A stretch of DNA of 64,000 nt from Dimorphilus gyrociliatus (taxonomy: Eukaryota > Animalia > Annelida): NCBI GenBank assembly GCA_904063045.1, contig CAJFCJ010000019.1, positions 1,168,570-1,232,569 of the forward strand, in the 5' to 3' direction. The notes under the pieces are model-generated. The model saw only the letters and a list, made by a program, of their open reading frames with translations. It was not told where the DNA came from and made no database searches. Shown here piece by piece: positions 22,370 to 32,444 of the stretch. How positions within the stretch are numbered: the stretch's first letter is position 1; each line of letters opens with the position of its first letter. Made by a program: the position numbers and the translations under genes.

Positions 22370-24160
22370 ATGCCCTGTATTAGGAAGCGATTCATTGCCC
22401 GATTAAGGAAATACTTTATTTGGATTGCGGCAGCAATTTATATATCAATTCTTCTCTTTATATATCTCACGACAGCGCAGAATGACCAAAGAACGATTCG
22501 TGACACCCAAGAGATTGAGGCTGGAATTAAGAGGCTCAGAAAATTGCAAAGAACTATGTTCATTAACCCAAAAAGACCGGACGACTCTGTCTATAATATA
22601 AACATAACACTAAGCGAACAAATAGCCTTGGATAGGGAAATTCCGGATGTTAGACCGGAAGGATGTTCGTCTATGCGTTACGACATTAGTAAAATGCCGA
22701 AAACAAGCGTCGTTATAATATTTTATAACGAAGCGCTTTCCATGATATTGCGAACGGTTCATTCTGTACTAAACCGAAGTCATAAATCGCTTTTAGAGGA
22801 AGTAATTTTGGTTGATGATGCTAGTACCAATGAAGACTTGAGAACCTATTTACGGCCTTATATAAGCAATTTACCTAAAGTGAAATTATTAACGAACAAA
22901 AAACGATTGGGATTGATTAAAGCAAGATTATTGGGCTTTCATAATGCAGTAGGGGAATTTGTATTTTTTCAAGATGCCCACACAGAAGCTAATGTCCAAT
23001 GGTTAGAGCCTCTCTTGAACGAAATATTAAAAAATCCACGAACCGTTATTCAACCTTACGTCGACGAAATCGATACAAAAACATTAGAGTACAGAGGAAG
23101 CACTGGCAGAGTATCAAGAGGAGGATTCAGCTGGGATCTTCGATATACTTGGACTGATATACCCGATCATGAATGGAACCGCGTCACTAGATTGGCAAAC
23201 GAGGAAAATATTCCTCCTATTTCCTATCCTTTTCGTAGCGCTACTTTAGTTGGCTGCGCTTTTGGTGTTTTAAAGAAATATTTCATTCATCTTGGTACTT
23301 TTGATGAGGATTTTAAGATTTGGGGTGGTGAAAACATCGAATTAGCGTGGAGAACATGGCAATGCCATGGTCAAGTTTTAACTCATCCCTGCTCTAGAGT
23401 AGCTCATACATTTAAACCATTCGCCTATAAATTCGACGGTGACAGAGAAAAAATTGTTCAGAAAAATCTCATTAGAACGGCTGCAACATGGATGGATGAT
23501 TACGCCAAATACTTCTATGCCATCACTTACGCATGGGTTTCAAAGAGAACCTATCTTACAGACGATGAGAAAAAAACTCTACAAAAAAGGAAAGATTTAA
23601 GAAAGAGATTACAATGTAAATCTTTCGAATGGTATTTGGTAAACATTGCTCCCGAAGTAAATATTCCTCCCGCAGACGCAATACATGGTGGAGAGATATT
23701 TAATACTAAAACTGAATCTTGTTGGCATGTTAGGTCCTCTGGATATATCGGAATAACCACTGAATGCTTTTTTCACAGAACTGTACCGGAGAACGAATTT
23801 TTTATGAAACCTTCCAGACACGTATATATTGGTGACAAAGTGCTAAGAGTAGACAAAGGCTCTTGGTTATTATATATTAGCGACAAAGAGCCAAGCAGTG
23901 ATAATGATGAAATATGGTCAATGGAGCACGATGGCTACTATACTGGTAAAATAGTAGTAAATTATAGCCATTTGGGAAAGGCTAGAAAAGCTTGCGCCAC
24001 TCAAGTCACGAATGTACACAAAATACACCAGATGGAACAAATGGTCCAAATGACAGACTGCAGCGACACAGACAGATTTCAAAACTGGCGTTGGACATAT
24101 AAATTCAATTGGAATTATAAATTTGACAAAGATCATGCTCAGCCAGAAAGAGATGAATAA
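22370..24160 (+). CDS. GALNT: Polypeptide N-acetylgalactosaminyltransferase, intronless CDS
   Basis: Type II TM anchor; TSVVIIFYNEALSMILRTVHSV, EVILVDDAS, DAH metal motif, WGGENIEL, PCSRVAH; Cys-containing ricin-like C-terminus. Exact paralog not assigned. Confidence 0.93.
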   Translation: MPCIRKRFIARLRKYFIWIAAAIYISILLFIYLTTAQNDQRTIRDTQEIEAGIKRLRKLQRTMFINPKRPDDSVYNINITLSEQIALDREIPDVRPEGCSSMRYDISKMPKTSVVIIFYNEALSMILRTVHSVLNRSHKSLLEEVILVDDASTNEDLRTYLRPYISNLPKVKLLTNKKRLGLIKARLLGFHNAVGEFVFFQDAHTEANVQWLEPLLNEILKNPRTVIQPYVDEIDTKTLEYRGSTGRVSRGGFSWDLRYTWTDIPDHEWNRVTRLANEENIPPISYPFRSATLVGCAFGVLKKYFIHLGTFDEDFKIWGGENIELAWRTWQCHGQVLTHPCSRVAHTFKPFAYKFDGDREKIVQKNLIRTAATWMDDYAKYFYAITYAWVSKRTYLTDDEKKTLQKRKDLRKRLQCKSFEWYLVNIAPEVNIPPADAIHGGEIFNTKTESCWHVRSSGYIGITTECFFHRTVPENEFFMKPSRHVYIGDKVLRVDKGSWLLYISDKEPSSDNDEIWSMEHDGYYTGKIVVNYSHLGKARKACATQVTNVHKIHQMEQMVQMTDCSDTDRFQNWRWTYKFNWNYKFDKDHAQPERDE

Positions 24161-24542
24161 ATATTGAAAAATCAAGCAAATTGATAAATTATAATTTATT
24201 TTTTATTTTTTTTTACCTTCAAGGACTTTATTCCCCGGTTAGTTGAGAACTGAAAAGAATGTTGTTTTTAGAATTGTTTTTGTAAAAGGCAAGTAAGAGT
24301 TACTCGTCGAACAATGATCGATATAAAAATGAGATAATTGTTTTTTGTCTTAGTCGGTAAAGACACTATAGATAAATATATTATGTATACTATGAAATTG
24401 ATTAAAGATGAATGATGTTTAATTAGAGAGATTAGTTAACTAAAATATTTATTAGCGTTTAGTAGTGGAATAATAAATTAATAAAAATGTTCTAAGCTTA
24501 AGAATAGAAGAAAATAAATGGTAAAAGAATTTCCTATTATTT

Positions 24543-25202
24543 TTAATCAGTCTCTTTTTTAGCAACTACTTCCGAGTCCTGCAAGTCGTTGTTCTTTTGA
24601 TTTTCTTCAACGACAGTCTCACTTGCAGCTGGACCGTTTGATCCATAAGTCTGTTGGATATACTCGGCATAATCGGCATTCTGATTTAGGGAAGTTTGCA
24701 AAGGCAAATCTAGAGGAATTCCTTGCAGCATTCTCAAATATCTAACTTCCTCTTGTAACTGCTCAATAAGATGCCCTTGCTCGTGCTGTCTCGTTTCTAA
24801 ACGTCGAATATATTCTTTTCTCCTCATCCTACTCTGAATAGCTGCAATTCGATTTCTTTGTCGTCTTTGCTCAATTTTGTCACCTACGGTTGGGACGGGT
24901 TTACCATTTTCATCGACTATAGTCGAAGATCCCCTGGGTCTCCCCCTTCGCGATGGAGGAGCTATAGGTTCAATCGACGTTATGGGCGTCGGTTGACAAC
25001 CATAACTGGTTATGGCATGTATAGGCTCAGTGGTGTACTGTTGATGGGGCCATTCCACCCAATTTGAATAACCGGGCTGTTCATAGGTGGTCGGGTAGAT
25101 GTAAGGCCCTTTATCCCCATTTGATATATCGGAAAGTACACCTTCTTGAATGTAAACGGCCGCGTCATTTCGATCAGCCGTCTCTGCCACCGATTGTTCC
25201 AT
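24543..25202 (-). CDS. bZIP transcription factor with an upstream AT-hook
   Basis: RRQRNRIAAIQSRMRRKEYIRRLE basic region (N-x7-R); zipper heptad positions L-Q-L-L; RRGRPRG AT-hook about 20 aa upstream. Confidence 0.8.
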   Translation of the reverse strand: MEQSVAETADRNDAAVYIQEGVLSDISNGDKGPYIYPTTYEQPGYSNWVEWPHQQYTTEPIHAITSYGCQPTPITSIEPIAPPSRRGRPRGSSTIVDENGKPVPTVGDKIEQRRQRNRIAAIQSRMRRKEYIRRLETRQHEQGHLIEQLQEEVRYLRMLQGIPLDLPLQTSLNQNADYAEYIQQTYGSNGPAASETVVEENQKNNDLQDSEVVAKKETD

Positions 25203-26204
25203 AATTCTGTTTTTATCTTAATCATTTCAAGAGAACCTTTAGCTGACTCAACTTAAACTTAATTAATGACGTTGTAACTTACCTAATCGATGACAAAGTG
25301 TTATTTAATATAAGTGACGAATTTTAAACTTTAAAGCATTCGTTGACGCGATTCGACGGGCCTATACGAAGGATTTAGGCCTAGGCCGATTTATTTTAAA
25401 ATCGGCTAATTAGAATCATTACATCTTATCCGTTTGACAAACAAAACTAGTGATTGAAATCTATAATCATGACATTAAAATACATACGGGAAAATTACAT
25501 GTCTCTATCTTATCAAGATGAACACGGTTTTAAGGTGAAGGCGAACGCGAGAACTTCCGTTTCCGTCAGAAATCGATTTTTGGCGCCGAATAAGCCTACC
25601 GATTTAAATGGATCACTCTTTAAGACGCTCCTAGGGGCAAGCTCTTGCTTTTTTGTTAACGAAATACATCAAGGCCAATTTCACCTAACAAAGTGTTCCA
25701 ATTAACTTAACCTATTTCTCTCCATATACAGCATATATATATTTCGTAACATAAGCATCTTTTCAATGATATGATTTAATATCCATAAAATCAAATGGAA
25801 TTCTTAACTTATCTCTACGACTATTAATAATTCGGAAAAAAACTTGCTGATATGACAACGTGACAGCTAGCACCAGCATTTTATTGACGGCTTCTGCCGA
25901 AACTGTATTGAGTTAAAAGGCGACCCAAAGTAAATTAGGCCGTCCGACAGAGACGATAACAAGCGTTGCCTACTCGAAAGCGTCACATTAGCGTTTCTGC
26001 ATTCCGATCGACCATAACTGAGGCATCTTTGTATTTATAAACAGTACAAACAACTTTCACAGTAAGTGCATATTTTTCCCTTATTATTATTTCACTCCAT
26101 TCCTTTGAAAAGGGTGAGTAGAATGCGTATATAATGTCTTTAGCAAATCGATGTAAAATTGGCAAAAAAGGAAATTGCAGATAAAGAAATAAAAGAGACT
26201 AGAG

Positions 26205-26827
26205 ATGAACGAAGTGGAAGAAAGAAGTAACATATATGTGTTTACTGATGATAGTGCAGCCGAAGATATTTGCAAGTATCAAGTAAGTTGAATAAGACAT
26301 TGACATTTAATAAAATGCCCATTTTCTTGGTGTTTCTGGACGTCTCTCTATCATACAAATGTCAAAACCGTCGAATTGGTTTACATGACAAGCGTTAAGA
26401 TTTCATTTCACACTATATCAATAGATTGTTTGTCGACTTTTCATTTTATATTATGAATACAAAACAGGGTCCTACCAAACCGATGAATAAATACAAGAAG
26501 TTAACTAATGATAATATAGAAAACCAAACTATGAATGGGGTAAGTTTAAAAAACAAACAAACAGATACATACATAGATCTATCTACTGTTTTATTTTGCA
26601 TATATTAATAACTTTACTCGGCGTTCTTTATTCTTTAGATTTGCCAATGTACAAACTCAATTAACACAGTAAATGACACTACTACATCGGCAATAACTGG
26701 ATCACGGACAAATCTCGTCAAGAAGGCAATGGAATCAAGCTCTCGAACTGAACGTTTACAATGGTTTGCAATCTTCGTTCTTGTAGTTATTATGATTCTA
26801 ATAATTCTATTATTATTTATATTATAA
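26205..26827 (+). CDS. Small tail-anchored membrane protein, 112 aa, 3 coding exons (26205-26282, 26468-26539, 26639-26827); absent from the ORF track
   Basis: Two GTAAGT donors, all junctions phase 0, no internal stops; 21-aa hydrophobic C-terminus WFAIFVLVVIMILIILLLFIL*. Confidence 0.7.
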
Positions 26828-27553
26828 TTGTATCTAAAAGATATAAAGAGAAGTATTACCAATGCAATATTATTAAATCATATATATATATATTTTCATA
26901 TTTGAATTCAATAAATAGTTCTCCAGAATACAAAAAATAGCAAATTTTTTTCATTCTATTACAATTTAAATATATTTAAATATTCATGTTTTCCTACTTT
27001 ATCGCAAAAATGGAATTCGACGTTAAGAATCTTCTTGGGAAGAATTAGGAGTGGGTGGGAAGAAGCGAAAGGAGAAGGACTTTAGAGGCTTGTAATCCGA
27101 TTATATATTTGAAGTATTCACTCTAAAATCATTCTTTATGTATATACAGAATTTATATATATATCTGAATTACGTATTTGGCTTTATCTCACTCCTTATT
27201 AGAAAGAAACAAGGAGAGAAAGCGTGGGATGCCAATTATGGACTGAAAAAAAATACATATAAAGTGTTGAACTATGACTCTAATTAACATTACATAATTA
27301 AATTTCCCTTAATTTCTAATTTACTCATTTATTTAAGTAATATCAATTATAAGGTTAATAGAATAACAGTTTCTCCTCCGTTTTAATATTACGCTATCAG
27401 TATCTGATATCCTGCAACTAAAAGCTTAGAAAATTTAACCAGTCTAGAGACCAGACTAATAATTGATAAATCGAATAACAAATTTCCTACAACAGTTGTA
27501 TTTCACCAGAATACCAACCTTACCAAACAAATCGCTTTATAAACTTTTATAAA

Positions 27554-29932
27554 ATGGCGACCTCGTGTGAAACAAATACATTGTCATGTTCTGACAATAC
27601 TCAAGGAACAGAAGCAAGTTTAAATCATAATTTTAAGACTGTTATATCGAAAATGATGATGGATTCGATAGAGGTTGAAGCTAAAACAAGAAAAATATCT
27701 TACATTAACCATCTAAAATTTAACCCATATCGAAACAGAAAATAGACAAAAAAGTGAAAGATGATACATTAGAAAAGAGTCTTATCAGCATAGAAAACTT
27801 AGTTCCTAGTGAAATTGATGGTAAAATTAAATTGATAATTTAAAATCAAGATTATAGATAAATCGTTTAAATTTAAAAGGTGAAAATTCTCAAGAAAAGA
27901 AAGATTTGAAGCTAACGGAAGATTTTGCTATATATTTAAAGGTATTTAATAAACACTCCAAAGTACGCTATTTCATAGGAATATCTTTTGAATTTAGGAT
28001 TATCAAAATGATTTTTCTGATAATGCATGGGAAGTTAACAATGCAACTGATTTTGTATTTAAAAGTTTAAGGAGGGTTAGAGAGACACAACATTTCAAAA
28101 ATATGAATTTTAAACATTATATAGCTGATTTGGATGAAGGGTCAATATCTTCTTTAAAATATTAATTTTACTATTTCCACAACATGTTGTTTTTTCCAGA
28201 ATTTTCATGTTTATGACATTATTTAGAATTGTAATTTCAATGCATGAAAAATTTTTGAAAACGATTTCTGACTTGAAGGCGAGGCGTTGGAGATCAGATA
28301 TGTATTCTCACAAATTAAATCAACTGTATGAAGAAATTAAAAGGAACAGAGATAATATGCAAGCAAAACTTAAACCTCTAATTGGAGATTTATTATTTAT
28401 TGTGCAATTTCCGAAACCGTTTCTTAAGGGACAATGTAACGACATAGTACTCAGAATATTAGGAGGCAAAAAAGCAAAAACGCAATTCAAAGTGAAAGAA
28501 TTAGATTGTAAATTAATATTTTTCGGTAACAGCTGGAAAACTGAATGTAGCAGTTCAATGCAACTAAAATATTACATTCTAAATTCATCGACACAAATAA
28601 CAAATCTTTTAGATTCATTAATTGTAGATGACAAATGTATCAAAAGCCAGTTTTCAGTAGAGGTAAAGCATTCTCTATTTAACTCTTTTAACTTAGGAAC
28701 TTTTCTAAAAGTCATATATATCTAAATAGCCTTATGAAGAAGAAATTGGAAACTTTCAATTGGATAAATCATGGTTTCGCTATCATTTAAAGTTTACCGC
28801 AAAGATAAATATATTTGACGAAGATTACGTTATAGAAACCTTCTCTCCAATGACAAACTTTGAAGAGGAAACCTCCGACAGTTTAGGAGCTTTATTTTGG
28901 TATGAAAACTTTTCTCTGGTAAGAATTTTATGATTTAATATTATTTTTCTTTAGTGAAAATTCTATTACTTTTACAGAAAGATTCTTTCAACGGATTATA
29001 CGATGTAAAAGAAACAGTTAAGGAGGATCTATTCTTAGAATGTTTGGCGAAATATTTCTCTGACAGAACTCAGTTAAACTTATTGGAAGATCATTTGCAA
29101 TATCTTAAGTGTCAATTTAATGTGGTAAACCAAAAGATTGATCAAAGGCAATTTTCAAATGTTAGTTCTCTATTCCCATGTCTTTTTCTATAAGAGGTTT
29201 AAATAACTAGGTATGCATACGTCAAAAATTTAAGGTCTGGTACTGGTTTTTGTCTTGTATAAATACAATACAACATCCACAAGTCAAATACTGTTGGGAG
29301 CGGAAGTAGGAAAATATACTATTTCTTTAAAAATTTAATAAATACTTAATTTTTTCAGGTTAATTTACGGATTTATATCAAAGGCGAAGGTTGAAAACTT
29401 ATTGAGATTGAAGAAAGCTTGCAGATCAGCTATTATACGATTTTCTGAGACGTCAATCACAGAGAATCATGCATCAGAATCAGAGTGTGGAAATGCATCT
29501 AATCATCCATGTTGTAATTTAGCACTGGCAGTAGCTTACAAACAGGCTAATAATGGTATTATTTAGCAAATACAATTAAATAAAATATTTAATGTAATTC
29601 ATTTTCAACAGAAGTGAAAATTGAGCACTGTACTGGCCCAGATATTTCATATTTGACAAACACGCCTTTACTCAAATTTGTAGAACTCCTTTTTAAAGAG
29701 AGGAAAGGTGTTGACGATTCAGTACCCTTACTTGTCCCCTTTCCCGATCATCAGCATTTCGATACAGGAGTTGATATAGGAGCGTATGACTCGGACAATG
29801 GTTATTTTATTTTGTCATATCACATATTACATAACTATTAAATTATAGAATTGCTCTTTTATTTATTTAGAGTATGACGATAATCCAAGTGACAGAGGCC
29901 TCAGAAATTTTAAACTTATAGAGCTGTTTTAA
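27554..29932 (+). CDS. STAT: Highly divergent STAT-family protein, 11 exons, about 585 aa (degenerate N-domain, short coiled coil, DBD, linker, SH2)
   Basis: Exons 27554-27673, 27739-27820, 27880-27941, 27998-28140, 28227-28662, 28730-28918, 28978-29160, 29211-29305, 29359-29555, 29612-29800, 29871-29932 join in phase. LFIVQFPKPFLKG...VLRILGGK ~ STAT FIIEKQPPQVLKT...VRLLVGGK; GALFWYENFS ~ ATVLWDNAFA; VWYWF...CWER ~ FWQWF...HWND; IYGFISK...IIRFSET ~ SH2 LGFVNK...LLRFSDS. The 3' end may be alternative. Confidence 0.8.
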
Positions 29933-30490
29933 GACATTTAAGCTGTTCTCTAACCTTTAACAACCAAATAAACAATATTTATGTATTAAAACGACTTTTT
30001 TTCCTTTACTTGGCAGGATTAGGAATAAGACTAGCCTGCAAGTAAATCGACAATCTATTCAATTAATTTTATAATTAATTTTTAATGACGAACGCTAATT
30101 TGATTTACTTTTAGGCCAGAAAGAGATTTATCAACGGAATCCTGAAATGGGTAAAATATAAAATTCTCAAGTCCCAAGACGATTAACAATTTTCGATTTG
30201 AACAAAAAATGTGATGTAATAGAAATAGTATTGAGTGTCGTAAATGCAGTTAAATACTATATAATATAATACTCTTGGCACATCTACAAAAAAATAACAA
30301 TGAGAATGATCGTTTATGAATAAATATAACGTCCTTTAAGCATGTCTTGAGTGTCTGGTCGTGTATTTAGACAACAGGTGGCAGATTTAGTGAAAAATGA
30401 ATAGCCTTTTTTGGGTTGCAATCAGAATTATCGTTTACGAAACTATCCTTGATTATTAAAAGCAGACATATTGAACCTTACTTTTCCTCC

Positions 30491-30504
30491 TGACGTCACG
30501 TGAC
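30491..30504. promoter_or_regulatory. Overlapping CRE (TGACGTCA) and CLEAR/E-box (GTCACGTGAC) upstream of SRSF3
   Basis: TGACGTCACGTGAC read directly just upstream of the non-coding first exon (GTAAGT donor near 30557). Confidence 0.55.
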
Positions 30505-30771
30505 ACTTAGCGTTGTCCGGTAGTGTGGCACGTTTCTTGCACCTAGAAAATTAAAAGTAAGTATTAACCGTGTTTTTATCGTTAAAATCGAATCTAAGTA
30601 AGCTTGAGATACTCTTTATTTAGTTAATTAAGATTCTAATAACAGATTTAATTTATTGAGTTTCTCTAATGGCGCTACTAGCAAGTCAGACATTCCGTAC
30701 CATTATTGATTTTTCACGCTGTACTATGGCGATAAAGAAACAATTTCTTAATATGCTTCCCTTTTTTAGAT

Positions 30772-32020
30772 ATGAGTCGCGGGAATATTCGAGACGCACC
30801 CCTCGATTGCAAGGTATATGTAGGAGATTTGCCGAAGGACGCGACAGAAAGAGAATTAGAAGAAGCCTTCTCCTATTATGGAAAATTACGTAATGTATGG
30901 GTAGCAAGGAATCCGCCAGGTTTTGCCTTCGTCGAATTTGAAGATGCGCGAGACGCTGAGGATGCTGTTCGAGAGCTGGACGGATCGTAAGTAGACAAGT
31001 ATTGAGAAGAAGTTAATTAATCAACTTGACATTTATTTGTTTCTTTAGGAGAATATGCGGGGTAAGAGCAAGGGTAGAACACTCTAATGGTAAAATTAGG
31101 CCAAAACCTTGGCTTAGGGATGGGAGAGGACCTCCTAGAAGAAGATATGATCCTTATTATGACAGAAGAGAATCAAGAAGAAATGATAGGCGGTTAGTAC
31201 GATACTTTTTGATCGATAGGGAAAAAATTTTACACTTATCGTTAAAAGCAAAATTACTTTTAAAACTGTCATTAAAAAAATCGTTAAGAATTAAAAACAA
31301 ATAAACACTGCTATGAATGGCAGAATACTGCAACATCTTCATCCGCCAACTACTTCGTCTGTCCTACACATCTGTGCATAAATTGATTAATCCTACACAT
31401 GTAAATTCTACCCAAAAAGCAGCTTCGCAACCCCTTTCGTACACATTTCGTATACTTACTGTGGTACGTAAGTTTTTTAGATGCCACGTGTTTTTGTCAT
31501 ATATTTTATACTGTGTATTTGTGATTCTAAAAGGAGCTAACTAAAAGCACAGATGTTCTTAGATACTTCGTCATCTACTATTTCTAATGACGAAAACAAT
31601 GGTCTGGTACAACTGGTAGACGGCATAAGCTATATTTGTGACGTTCGACTAGTCCTATAACCTTACAGCGCCGTTCACCTTTAAATTTGTTTGTTAAAGT
31701 CACTTTTAATCACAGTAGATCGCGGTCGTATGAAAGAAGAAGAAGCTATTCGAGGAGCAGAAGTCGTTCCCGTGGTAGAAAAGAAAGGTATTAATCATAT
31801 AAATGATAAATACAGTTTTAGAACTTAATCCATTAAAAGCAGATCAAGATCCGGCTCAAGAAGACGATCATACAGCCGATCTCACTCCCGTGAACGCACC
31901 CGAAGCCCAGAAAGAAGGGAACTTAGACGTAGCCGCTCTCCTAATTATGAAAGAAGTAGATCTCGCTCTCCCGGAGCAGATTATGTTAGGGAGGGGTCTG
32001 AACATAGTGACCAACATTGA
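30772..32020 (+). CDS. SRSF3: SR splicing factor SRSF3/RBP1-like (single RRM plus RS domain, no zinc knuckle)
   Basis: CKVYVGDL...[35 protein letters not shown]; RS exons from 31716; stop at 32018-32020. Confidence 0.88.
31324..31467 (+). other. Candidate poison cassette exon (premature stop) in SRSF3 intron 2
   Basis: CAG acceptor at 31323, GTAAGT donor at 31468, in-frame TAA at 31379-31381; many (A/T)C(A/T)(A/T)C motifs. Confidence 0.55.
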
Positions 32021-32444
32021 GGATCTTTTTTATTTTGTGTTGTATAGATGTTATAAAGGAGTGCGAAAGGCTCAACTTGAACTTTATTTTCCCTTTTCAT
32101 ACTATTCTTTTTGTTTGTGTGATTGAGATACAAAGCATTGCTTAGATTTACCGTATTTGTGAAATAAAATACTTAGCTAGTAATTTTTTTTTGGTAATGT
32201 ATATGTGTAAAGTAGATGGCGTGATTAATCGCAATCTGAATTTTGCCGGTTTTTACATTTTCAAATATAATATCGAAAAGTTTCTGTTTCCATTAACAAA
32301 ATAAATTTTATAAAAATATAAAGTTAATTTATTTAGACATTTTTTTTGAAGTATTGTTAACAAGACAGTGATTGGATTAAGCGGTAATATCAATAGGAAG
32401 ACCTAAATTTCGAGCGATCCTTTAAATTCGTTACTTGAGGGAAC

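Noticed and set aside
25454-25705. 83-aa ORF between the bZIP and tail-anchored genes
   Set aside because: TTG start, no motifs; the region looks like a divergent promoter (contains an E2F-like TTTGGCGC).
27032-27041. TTC-N4-GAA STAT-type site about 520 nt upstream of the STAT-like gene
   Set aside because: Six fixed bases occur often by chance in AT-rich DNA; no clustering.
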